From positions 1-39,920 of the forward strand of contig DYSA01000001.1 in NCBI GenBank assembly GCA_020726425.1: a stretch of DNA of 39,920 nt. The letters run 5' to 3'. How positions within the stretch are numbered: position 1 is the stretch's first letter; every line of letters starts with the position of its first letter. This DNA is from Fibrobacter succinogenes. GTDB taxonomy: Bacteria; Fibrobacterota; Chitinivibrionia; Chitinivibrionales; Chitinivibrionaceae. Positions 1-7,488 of this stretch are shown piece by piece. Position numbers and translations under genes: made by a program. Below the pieces are notes generated by a model. The model was not told the origin of the DNA. It did no database searches and was given only the letters and a program-made list of their open reading frames with translations.

Positions 1-254
1 TGGTCATGTAATTGAATAATTCCGTGGAAATGGTTGGGCATGATGACGAACCAATCGAGAGTAACATTTTTCCGCGATGTTTCGGTTTTGATCCATTCAT
101 CACGAACGATCTGACCGAATTGATTTGGAATCATTTTCCCGTTCGAAATTGAACCAAAAAGATGATGATGATGTTCAGTACAGATCGTGACGAAATAGAA
201 TCCCGGTCGTGTATAATCTCTTCCTTGCAGGCGTATTGATTTTCGATATCCCAT
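1..254 (-). CDS. REP-associated tyrosine transposase (RayT; IS200/IS605-type Y1 HUH transposase), 5' part only, runs off the left window edge
   Basis: Not in the ORF track because it is open at the window edge. Reverse translation from ATG 254-252 gives MGYRKSIRLQGRDYTRPGFYFVTICTEHHHHLFGSISNGKMIPNQFGQIVRDEWIKTETSRKNVTLDWFVIMPNHFHGIIQLHD... The GFYFVTICT block and FVIMPNHFHGI (HUH motif) are hallmark N-terminal blocks of Y1 transposases. REP hairpins lie immediately adjacent. Confidence 0.85.
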   Translation of the reverse strand, partial: MGYRKSIRLQGRDYTRPGFYFVTICTEHHHHLFGSISNGKMIPNQFGQIVRDEWIKTETSRKNVTLDWFVIMPNHFHGIIQLHD

Positions 255-312
255 ATTTCCCCCTTTTCTTTTTAAATGGTACCCCCATTCTTTTCAATAA
301 ATCAATGTTTTT

Positions 313-339
313 GTGTAGGGGCACGGCGTGCCGTGCCCA
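313..339 (+). repeat. REP element copy 1: GTGTAG + GGGCACGG-CGTG-CCGTGCCC hairpin
   Basis: gtgtaggggcacggcgtgccgtgccca: 8-bp GC-rich stem, 4-nt loop, 5' GTAG tetranucleotide. Confidence 0.9.
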
Positions 340-344
340 TTTTT

Positions 345-371
345 GTGTAGGGGCACGGCGTGCCGTGCCCA
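345..371 (+). repeat. REP element copy 2 (identical to copy 1)
   Basis: Exact 27-nt repeat of copy 1, separated from it by only 5 nt (ttttt). Confidence 0.9.
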
Positions 372-413
372 ATTAACGTGCGACGATTTGAATTTTAAAC
401 GAAAATTGAACAT

Positions 414-440
414 GTGTAGGGGCACGGCGAGCCGTGCCCA
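414..440 (+). repeat. REP element copy 3 (loop variant CGAG)
   Basis: gtgtaggggcacggcgagccgtgccca: the single difference from copies 1 and 2 lies in the hairpin loop. Confidence 0.9.
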
Positions 441-498
441 ATTGTGCTATAAAATAAAAATGAACATGTGAAATGGTACGGGGGATATACCACCCTTA

Positions 499-534
499 AA
501 AACGAAAAGGTCACGGCACGCCGTGACCCTACAC
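499..534 (-). terminator. Probable intrinsic terminator of the phosphohexomutase gene, formed by REP copy 4
   Basis: On the minus strand, about 20 nt after stop 554, the hairpin GGTCACGG-CGTG-CCGTGACC is followed directly by TTTTCGTTTTT. Confidence 0.45.
509..534 (-). repeat. REP element copy 4, inverted orientation, stem variant GGTCACGG/CCGTGACC
   Basis: The reverse complement reads gtgtagggtcacggcgtgccgtgacc. The two differences from copy 1 (G to T at stem position 3, C to A at position 18) pair with each other, so the stem is preserved. Confidence 0.9.
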
Positions 535-553
535 AATTTCTGAATAACGCAGA

Positions 554-2680
554 TTATTTCAATTTTACCGTACGCTCTTCAACAGCAATACGTCCCTCTT
601 TTTTCAGACCGTAAAGAACACTGAACAGGTCAGTTTCGGTCACTTCAAGACCTTTCGCTTTTACAGCCGCAAGGATCGCATCAACAGTAGACTCTTTGGT
701 CGCCGCGAGAGCTTCCATAGTGATCTTTTCGTAGGTGTATTCGATACGACCTTCGTTTTTCATCAGTTCGGTGTGCATGATCTGCACTTTTTTACCGATT
801 GAAGAAAGAACGTGTTCGTAGGCGATTTCACCTTTTACGTAGGTCGCGTTTTTGTCTTCGGTTCCAGAGTTACGCATGAACAGAACACCGAGAAGTTTTT
901 CACCGCTCATAACGTTAACATAGAGAACGTTTGGATCTTCTTTGTCTTCGATTTTGAGCGTCGTGTCAGCCGGAAGAGTTCCTGCCGCTTTCGCCGCCGC
1001 AACTTCAGCTTCAACAAGAGCGATGTCTCTGTTCCACACCGCTGATCCACGGAAGTGTTTGGTTTTGTCAACGAAGAACACATAGAATGTTTTCGAGAAA
1101 CCAGGTTCGAACGGTTCAAGAATTCGTTCTTCGGTAAGGTTGAGCGATTTAACTGCCGCAAGAGCTACAAGTCCGGTAAGAAGTCCAACTCCTGAGAGAA
1201 GAACTTTTTCAACGCCGTTGTTATCTTTAACTTTGATTGGGAAAATCAGGTGGCCCGAGATTTCCAGACCAACAACCACTTCGCCATCAGGGAAGTTACC
1301 GATCCATTTATCACCAACAGAAACAACGCGAGTGTTGAGTCCAAGGTTTTTCGCCGCCGCTGAAGCAGTCATAATGTCTGATTCGATCGTTGAAAGGAAC
1401 CAGTAATCTTTTGCGTTGAGTCCCTGTTTTTTGATCAGGTATTCGGCAAGAATGTATCCGCATTTGTCACCATCGAGAACATGAACATCGTCGTTCTTTT
1501 TGTCGTAATACATAAGGAAACCACGGTCACCGTCACCATCAACCGGAATCCCCCACACTTTTCCTTCAGGATTTGTACGACCTTTGTCAAACATCTCTTT
1601 CACGAACGCGATATGAGAATCGTACTCGGTTCCTTTGAACAGTTCAGTTCCTTCGATTTCCGCAACACCACATGAACGGTTGATATTGTCACCGCTTGGA
1701 GTTTCGTTACGGCTTGTGTAGTTCGCGTCGAGTTTGTCGAGCACTTTACGACCGATAATATCAGTCGCACCGTTTGCAGTATCGAGAACGAGAATCGAAT
1801 CAGCAAGAGCTTCTTTCATGTTTTCAGGAAGAACTGAAAGCATCCATTCAACTGAATCGTTTTCACAGTCGAGATCGGTTGATTTCGCTGAAGGTTCAGG
1901 CATTTTTTCAAGACGGCAGTAGTTGAACATGAGAGCAGAAAGAACGTAGTCTCCAAGTGCACCTTCAGGAAGAAGTTTTGCACCATCGATGAAAAACTTG
2001 ATACCGTTCTGGTTCGAAGGGTTGTGAGAAGCAGTCAAACATGCTCCACCACGGTGTCCAAGCTGAAGCATTTCCCATGGGATAATCGCGGTTGGAACAA
2101 CACCGGTGTCGATTACGTTAAGTCCTGCACGGGTGAATCCATCTTTAACCGCGTTGTTGAGTTTCCAGTCGTATGCAAGGTCACGACCATCGTTACCGAT
2201 AACAACCGTTTCGCCCGCTTTGATCACGCCTTCGTTTTTGAGCATTGTCGCATACGCGAATGACGTTGTTGATACGAGTTCCGGGGTGAACGCGTTGTCT
2301 TTAAGAAGAGCTGTAATAAAATCAACGTTTGAATCAAGAACAACTTTACCACGGATACCGTCGGTTCCCATGAAATTCACGCGAGCCATCATGATAGCAG
2401 TTTCAATACGAGCCGCTTCAGGCTGGTCAGATCCAACATAGAGTTGAACCGCTTTTGAAAAATCAACAAGAACTGCTGTTTTGTAGTTTTTAAGGAAATC
2501 AGATTTGAGAAGAGCGTTCATCGCATCCGCATCTTTGTCCGCAAAAAGTTCTGCGTTTGATTCATCCGCAAGAAGTTTACCGGTGGCAAGTGTTCCGATA
2601 ACGAATTTCTTTGAAGCAACAAGTGCTTCAAGTGATGCTTTGTTGTCAGCAATAATCTGGTTGAATGTAGAAAGCTGCAT
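554..2680 (-). CDS. alpha-D-phosphohexomutase superfamily enzyme (GlmM/PMM-like core) with N- and C-terminal extensions, 708 aa
   Basis: FMGTDGIRGKV entry block at about residue 103. Phosphoserine loop LTASHNPSNQNGIKFF, Mg loop PVDGDGDRGF, sugar loop GLEISGHLIF, phosphate loop RNSGTEDK. ATG start with AGGGGA SD. Confidence 0.85.
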   Translation of the reverse strand: MQLSTFNQIIADNKASLEALVASKKFVIGTLATGKLLADESNAELFADKDADAMNALLKSDFLKNYKTAVLVDFSKAVQLYVGSDQPEAARIETAIMMARVNFMGTDGIRGKVVLDSNVDFITALLKDNAFTPELVSTTSFAYATMLKNEGVIKAGETVVIGNDGRDLAYDWKLNNAVKDGFTRAGLNVIDTGVVPTAIIPWEMLQLGHRGGACLTASHNPSNQNGIKFFIDGAKLLPEGALGDYVLSALMFNYCRLEKMPEPSAKSTDLDCENDSVEWMLSVLPENMKEALADSILVLDTANGATDIIGRKVLDKLDANYTSRNETPSGDNINRSCGVAEIEGTELFKGTEYDSHIAFVKEMFDKGRTNPEGKVWGIPVDGDGDRGFLMYYDKKNDDVHVLDGDKCGYILAEYLIKKQGLNAKDYWFLSTIESDIMTASAAAKNLGLNTRVVSVGDKWIGNFPDGEVVVGLEISGHLIFPIKVKDNNGVEKVLLSGVGLLTGLVALAAVKSLNLTEERILEPFEPGFSKTFYVFFVDKTKHFRGSAVWNRDIALVEAEVAAAKAAGTLPADTTLKIEDKEDPNVLYVNVMSGEKLLGVLFMRNSGTEDKNATYVKGEIAYEHVLSSIGKKVQIMHTELMKNEGRIEYTYEKITMEALAATKESTVDAILAAVKAKGLEVTETDLFSVLYGLKKEGRIAVEERTVKLK

Positions 2681-2720
2681 TCGATCCCCTTTATACTATT
2701 GGTTAAAAATTTTTGATGCC

Positions 2721-2757
2721 ATAAAATAGTAAAAGATCGCCCTTTCGAGCGATCCTT
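2721..2757 (-). terminator. Probable intrinsic terminator after the small HAMP-like gene
   Basis: Minus strand AAGGATCGC-TCGAAAGG-GCGATCTTT followed by TACTATTTTAT. It begins 24 nt after stop 2781. Confidence 0.5.
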
Positions 2758-2780
2758 ATATTTATCGATTCTCTCAATAG

Positions 2781-3089
2781 TTAGTGATGCGAAGCGGCCA
2801 CCATTTTTTCTTCAAGCTCACCAAGTTCGTCAGTGCGATCGGCATGCCAGTTTTCAATATCACCAGTGGCAATCGCCTGAGTACACCGTTCGATCGAATG
2901 CAGTTCGTTTACCACAAATCGCCACAACATAATTGAACCTCCAACCGTACAGATCGAAGCGGCAATTAAGAGATACGCCACCATCATATTGTATGGGACA
3001 AAAGTGATAATCATAATCACCATAGCAATAATACCGGCGTGAATAATAAGAAGTGGAAGAAGCACTTCTCGCTTTAAAGTTTGTTTCAT
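2781..3089 (-). CDS. Small two-TM membrane protein with a HAMP-like cytoplasmic tail (about 102 aa)
   Basis: The track ORF starts at TTG 3146. ATG 3089 has a GGGGGT SD 6 nt upstream. Two hydrophobic helices (LLPLLIIHAGIIAMVIMIITFV, MMVAYLLIAASICTVGGSIMLW) are followed by ELHSIERCTQAIATGDIENWHADRTDELGELEEKM, which resembles the HAMP AS1-connector-AS2 pattern (..aIa.GDl......DEiGeL...fn.M). Confidence 0.55.
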   Translation of the reverse strand: MKQTLKREVLLPLLIIHAGIIAMVIMIITFVPYNMMVAYLLIAASICTVGGSIMLWRFVVNELHSIERCTQAIATGDIENWHADRTDELGELEEKMVAASHH

Positions 3090-3166
3090 ATTTACCCCCA
3101 TCGTTTCGTTTAATGAGATTCTACCCCATAAGAAATGAACAATCAAGATTTATTTCAACTTTTTTC

Positions 3167-3195
3167 TTGCATCACAAAACATCTGATTCTATATT
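3167..3195 (+). promoter_or_regulatory. Sigma70-type promoter for tRNA-Gln
   Basis: TTGCAT (3167-3172), 17-nt spacer, TATATT (3190-3195). The tRNA 5' end at 3212 is about 10 nt past the predicted TSS. Confidence 0.5.
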
Positions 3196-3211
3196 TACGC
3201 CGTTATAAGAC

Positions 3212-3287
3212 AGGGGCATAGTTCAGCTGGTAGAACACCAGATTCTGGTTCTGGGTGTCATGGGTTCGAATCCTGTTGCCCCTGCCA
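3212..3287 (+). tRNA. tRNA-Gln: tRNA-Gln (anticodon CTG), CCA encoded
   Basis: Manual cloverleaf. Acceptor AGGGGCA/TGCCCCT, U8, D arm GTTC-AGCTGGTA-GAAC (A14, G18G19). Anticodon arm CCAGA-TTCTGGT-TCTGG with CTG at 3245-3247. Variable loop GTGTC. T arm ATGGG-TTCGAAT-CCTGT (two G-T wobbles). Discriminator G, CCA at 3285-3287. Confidence 0.9.
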
Positions 3288-3290
3288 AAA

Positions 3291-3323
3291 AGAGATCTTC
3301 AAATTTTGAAGATCTCTTTTTTT
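3291..3323 (+). terminator. Rho-independent terminator after tRNA-Gln
   Basis: A 13-bp perfect inverted repeat AGAGATCTTCAAA/TTTGAAGATCTCT is followed by TTTTTT. An A-run upstream makes it potentially bidirectional. Confidence 0.75.
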
Positions 3324-3392
3324 ATTTACACCCCATAAACACTGATCCGATGCGTATTTTAGGGAGAATTTCAAACGGTTGCGGGGCGATTC

Positions 3393-4439
3393 ATGAAACA
3401 CTTACTAGCGGCACTACTGATTTCATCTCTTTCCTATGGGGAAACTCTTATTTCCGGCATCATCACCCAAAATGCGTGGTGGACAAAAGATAAAAGCCCA
3501 TATATTATTACCAACGATGTAGTAATCGCAGAAACCGCTCGATTGGTAATTGACCCCGGCGTTGAAATTATCGTTGAAAAACCACTGCAAATCCCAAAAG
3601 ATATTGTGCAACTAAGCAGTGCAGATACATTTGGTGTTACCATTCGCGTGCTCGGTGCTCTTCGATGCAACGGAAAACCTGACATGCCCATCATTTTTCG
3701 CGGTCGTTATATCTCAAAAGGCGACGAATACACACACTGGGAAGGACTCATACTTAATTCTTCCAGAAGCAATGAAATTTCCATTAGCTACACATTTGTC
3801 CACAATGCTTCAACAGGAATAACCGTTCAGCGCGGAACACCACTGATCCGAAATTTTCTCGCAGAGCGCAATAACATCGGAATCAAAACAATGACTAGCG
3901 CTTCTCCAAGAATCGTGAATGCACTGTTCACGGATAACTTTTTTGCCGGAATTCGCATCGAAAAGGCGAACCCAGAGATTTTCAACTCAATCTTTTACAA
4001 CAATCGTAACATCGGAATTTACAGTGATAGAGTCTCAAAAGTTTCAATTCTCAACTGTGGCTTTTATAAAAATGGAGACAAATCATTTGTCGGTTGCACT
4101 CCAGAGTTGGGTGTAATGAGTAAAAAGAATAAAAATGGAGATTCAACCGATGTGTTCGGAAATCTTACAATAAATCCGATGTTCACAGGATCTCAAGCGG
4201 AAGCCGTTGCAGTTAAAACAAAACTCAATAAACTGCAAGAAAGCACGATTAAATCTCCCGATCCGAAGCGAATTAAAGATATCCAAACACCAACGAAACA
4301 TGGAACTGATCGAGTATTTTACCTTTCAAAACATTCACCCTACGTAAATGCAGGTCATCCTGCTGGTAAATTCAAAGAACCTGATGGTTCACTCCCAGAC
4401 CTTGGGTTATGGGGCGGTCCGGAATTCCTTCAATTTTGA
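3393..4439 (+). CDS. Secreted right-handed parallel beta-helix repeat protein
   Basis: Signal peptide MKHLLAALLISSLSYG. Successive about 23-aa repeats with N/G turns (NASTGITVQ, RNNIGIKT, DNFFAGIRIE, NNRNIGIYSD, NCGFYKNGD). C-terminal GHPAG...PDLGLWGGPEF tail. Confidence 0.7.
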   Translation: MKHLLAALLISSLSYGETLISGIITQNAWWTKDKSPYIITNDVVIAETARLVIDPGVEIIVEKPLQIPKDIVQLSSADTFGVTIRVLGALRCNGKPDMPIIFRGRYISKGDEYTHWEGLILNSSRSNEISISYTFVHNASTGITVQRGTPLIRNFLAERNNIGIKTMTSASPRIVNALFTDNFFAGIRIEKANPEIFNSIFYNNRNIGIYSDRVSKVSILNCGFYKNGDKSFVGCTPELGVMSKKNKNGDSTDVFGNLTINPMFTGSQAEAVAVKTKLNKLQESTIKSPDPKRIKDIQTPTKHGTDRVFYLSKHSPYVNAGHPAGKFKEPDGSLPDLGLWGGPEFLQF

Positions 4440-4451
4440 AAGTAGAAAACT

Positions 4452-5261
4452 ATGAAACAAATACTGTTAGCACTCTCTATTGTTACGGCAACTCTCGCAA
4501 CTGAAAACTTTACAACTTCGCTCACTACAGCACAACAAGCAAGGCTTGATTCTGTAGCAAAGACGTTTTCATTGAGCGATGGCTGTAAGGGAACAATGTC
4601 TCAGACTCGCAAAATATTTGCTTGTCCCGAAGCGGCCACGTTTTACAATTATGCAGCATGGTATGCAAAGGAAGACAAACCTGCGGACTATATTATCGAC
4701 AAACTGAGACAGCACAATCAGACTTACTACACACCCAAAAAATACACAATTACCTCTTCCTCAATTCAGACTGCGGGAGATCTCAACTCACCCATTTCAA
4801 TTGTTGCTTATGTAACCTCTGACTGTCCGCATTGTAAAAAGGTTGGAATCCCACTGCACGATCTCGTTGTTGGTCCATACAAAGGGAAAGCATCATTTCA
4901 AATTAAACCAATTCATCAACATATTGGAGACTACGCCCTCCTAGCAGCAGCCGAACAGGGGAAAGCGTGGGAACTGTTTGAAGCATACGGTAATATTGAC
5001 GGAAGAATGGATGAAGATGCGGTTATTAAAGCGGCGACTGCAGCAAAACTCGATGTTGCAAAACTTAAAAAAAGTGTAAACACAAAAACTGAAATCTATA
5101 AAAAGCAAATCGACAAAAACTATGTTGAAGCCAAAAAGAATGATTTGAACTTCACACCTACTCTCTATTTCAACGGCTACATGTACGGATCAAACAAACA
5201 TCCGATATGGGTTATGGAGTATATCGACTATCTACTGAGAACAAAGAAATTCATGAAATAA
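4452..5261 (+). CDS. Periplasmic DsbA-family thiol:disulfide oxidoreductase (thioredoxin fold) with about 110-aa N-terminal extension
   Basis: Signal peptide. CxxC active site in VTSDCPHCKK. cis-Pro loop NFTPTLYFNG. Helical insertion between the two, as in DsbA. Confidence 0.8.
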   Translation: MKQILLALSIVTATLATENFTTSLTTAQQARLDSVAKTFSLSDGCKGTMSQTRKIFACPEAATFYNYAAWYAKEDKPADYIIDKLRQHNQTYYTPKKYTITSSSIQTAGDLNSPISIVAYVTSDCPHCKKVGIPLHDLVVGPYKGKASFQIKPIHQHIGDYALLAAAEQGKAWELFEAYGNIDGRMDEDAVIKAATAAKLDVAKLKKSVNTKTEIYKKQIDKNYVEAKKNDLNFTPTLYFNGYMYGSNKHPIWVMEYIDYLLRTKKFMK

Positions 5262-7446
5262 TTTTTTTATGAGCCATTCGAATAAAGCAGACGCACTGGT
5301 ACCACGGAAATTTCTTCGTGGTCAGTGTTCTTAGAAGTTCTTGAAATGCTTTCTCACGAGTCTCTGCACCATACAACGTCTCAATCACATCACCCAACGA
5401 TGATCTATCCGGTTCAATCCGAAACCAGTTCTGTATACTTTTGCGAGTAAACGAATCAGTTAAAAGCATTTTTTCTTTATGAATCGAACATTCAAGTTCT
5501 GTAATTGATTCCAATCGAGTAATTAACTGCAATATCGAATCAGCACCAGTTTTACTGTAGATATAGTTCTCGGCATCACTCACTACTGTTTTAAGATATG
5601 GATCATCAATGCACTCCGCAAGCGATGTACTCTCCGTGGAAAGTTGTTCGGCTAAAATGATTTCACCACTATTTGCGAGCAATCCCTTTAACTCCCCAAG
5701 TTCAGCTTCACTTTTTAAAATTGATAGATAGTTACGTCCAATGATGCGATCAAAAGTGACAGGGCCTTTACCGTGCACAGTAATAGTTTCGCTTATTCGT
5801 TCCTTTCCATTAAGAAGAAGTTCTGGTTGTTGAAACTGATCATAGGAAGACAAATGAGGCTTAACCAACGACAAATCTGAAGGTGTGCGAACAATTGACC
5901 AAACTCCACCGGTACTCGATCTCCGAACTGCTTCTACGGTTAAAAACCCAGACTGACAATTGAGATCAAGAACTAAGGAATCTTTTGAAATTAAAGCGTA
6001 TTCAAACAAAAGTGACCGCAATGTTTCAAAGTACCCACCACGAGACTCACCGGTACGCTGCTCCCATCCTCCATAAGCTCCACCTTTCCAGAGAAAGGTG
6101 TCATTTCGTGAAGCGTCAGCTATCGTTGCAATCTGAATTTCTCGATTTCGAATCACCCGTTCACGGATGTTCTTTTCATATCCTTGATCTGAGGGATTAT
6201 AAAAAACCTTGCCTTGAAGCTCCGAAGGGAGATATTGCTGAGCAACCCAGTGATCCCTGAATGCATGAGGATACAAATACCCTTCACCGTGACCGAGCGC
6301 GTCTCGATCACGGGAACTATCTTTAAGGTGATCAGGAACATCACCCTTACTCTCATTTTCGATTGATTTTAGGGCATCAAATAAGGATAACGTGGTATTA
6401 CTCTTAGGAGCTGTAGCGAGATAAAGACAAGCTTGCGATAAGGGAAAACGCCCCTCGGGCATACCAATAAAATCAAATGATTGCGAAGCAGCGATCACCA
6501 CCCCAAGTGCCTGCGGATCAGCGAGACCAATATCTTCAGAGGCGAATACTACCATTCGTCTAAATATGAACCGCGGATCTTCTCCCGCGTAAATCATCTT
6601 CGCGAGCCAATACAACGCAGCATCAGGATCACTGCCACGGAGTGATTTTATAAATGCTGATATTATATCATAATGAGAGTCTCCATCTTTGTCGTATAAA
6701 ACGGCCTTCTGCTGAATAGACTCTTCAACAATAGATTCAGTTATGTGAATAATCCCGACTTCATTATGAACCGTAGTTTCCACGGCAAGTTCGAGTGCAT
6801 TGAGCACTGAGCGGGCATCACCATTCGCAGAGCGACAAAGATGAAGTAATGCGATATCGTCGATTTCTACTTTGCGGCACCCATATCCTCTAACTGTGTC
6901 ATCCAATGCCATTTTTACGACAGATCGAAGATCATTTTCATCAAGAATTCTCAGTTGGAAAATTCGTGAACGAGATACTAGGGCTTTGTTTACCTCGAAA
7001 AATGGATTCTCTGTTGTTGCGCCAATTAGTGTAATCGTTCCATTTTCAACATGAGGTAAAAGTGCATCTTGCTGTGATTTATTAAAACGATGTACTTCAT
7101 CTACAAATAAAATCGTTTTTCGACTATATAGTTTCAATGTAGTTTGTGCTTTATCAATTGATTCGCGAATGTCTTTCACACCTGCAAGAACAGCATTAAT
7201 CGATATAAATTCGGAACGAGTTGTATTCGCAATAATTCGAGCGAGTGTAGTTTTTCCAGAACCGGGAGGTCCATAAAGAATAATACTGGAAAGTTGGTCA
7301 ATCTCTATTGCTCGACGAAGTAACCGGCCTCTTCCGACTATATGTTCTTGTCCGACAAATTGATCAAGAGTTTGCGGCCGCATCCGATCTGCAAGGGGAG
7401 CTTTCTTTTTCAGTTGCTCCGAAGTACCATACTCGAATAGATCCAT
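5251..7446 (-). CDS. rarA: Replication-associated recombination protein A (RarA/MgsA AAA+ ATPase) fused to an extra C-terminal domain of about 295 aa
   Basis: Walker A GPPGSGKTTLA, Walker B ILFVDEVHRFNK, GATTENPFFEV. MgsA C-terminal block HYDIISAFIKSLRGSDPDAALYWLAKMIYAGEDPRFIFRR. The RarA part ends at about residue 437, but the ORF continues to residue 731. ATG start with GGGAGAG SD. Confidence 0.9.
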   Translation of the reverse strand: MDLFEYGTSEQLKKKAPLADRMRPQTLDQFVGQEHIVGRGRLLRRAIEIDQLSSIILYGPPGSGKTTLARIIANTTRSEFISINAVLAGVKDIRESIDKAQTTLKLYSRKTILFVDEVHRFNKSQQDALLPHVENGTITLIGATTENPFFEVNKALVSRSRIFQLRILDENDLRSVVKMALDDTVRGYGCRKVEIDDIALLHLCRSANGDARSVLNALELAVETTVHNEVGIIHITESIVEESIQQKAVLYDKDGDSHYDIISAFIKSLRGSDPDAALYWLAKMIYAGEDPRFIFRRMVVFASEDIGLADPQALGVVIAASQSFDFIGMPEGRFPLSQACLYLATAPKSNTTLSLFDALKSIENESKGDVPDHLKDSSRDRDALGHGEGYLYPHAFRDHWVAQQYLPSELQGKVFYNPSDQGYEKNIRERVIRNREIQIATIADASRNDTFLWKGGAYGGWEQRTGESRGGYFETLRSLLFEYALISKDSLVLDLNCQSGFLTVEAVRRSSTGGVWSIVRTPSDLSLVKPHLSSYDQFQQPELLLNGKERISETITVHGKGPVTFDRIIGRNYLSILKSEAELGELKGLLANSGEIILAEQLSTESTSLAECIDDPYLKTVVSDAENYIYSKTGADSILQLITRLESITELECSIHKEKMLLTDSFTRKSIQNWFRIEPDRSSLGDVIETLYGAETREKAFQELLRTLTTKKFPWYQCVCFIRMAHKKIIS

Positions 7447-7456
7447 ATCTCTCCCA

Positions 7457-7488
7457 AAATAAAAAAAGGCAGAGGTTGTGCCTCTGCC
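7457..7488 (-). terminator. Rho-independent terminator of the pil operon
   Basis: Minus strand GGCAGAGG-CACAA-CCTCTGCC followed by TTTTTTTATTTT, 24 nt after the pilQ stop. Confidence 0.8.

Larger units (their letters stand above)
1..534 (-). mobile_element. RayT-REP locus (domesticated IS200/IS605-like transposase gene plus its cognate REP hairpin array)
   Basis: Y1 transposase gene start at 254, followed within 60-280 nt by four copies of a GTAG-preceded 20-nt palindrome. No tnpB-like ORF is visible in the window. Confidence 0.6.

Noticed and set aside
175-372. 65-aa minus-strand ORF in the supplied track (MGTARRAPTQKWARHAVPL...)
   Set aside because: It has a TTG start and reads straight through the palindromic REP copies, which produce the GTARRAP/ARHAVP repeats. 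Its 3' part is out of frame with the genuine RayT gene that starts at 254. It is an artefact of the repeats.
313-534. Possible small CRISPR array (three direct 27-nt repeats)
   Set aside because: The spacers are 5 and 42 nt, the repeats are perfect GC-rich palindromes with a 5' GTAG, and a fourth copy is inverted. No cas genes are present. The array sits next to a Y1 transposase, so these are REP elements.
3260-3493. 77-aa plus-strand ORF
   Set aside because: It starts inside the T-arm of tRNA-Gln, runs through the tRNA terminator and overlaps the start of the beta-helix gene in another frame.
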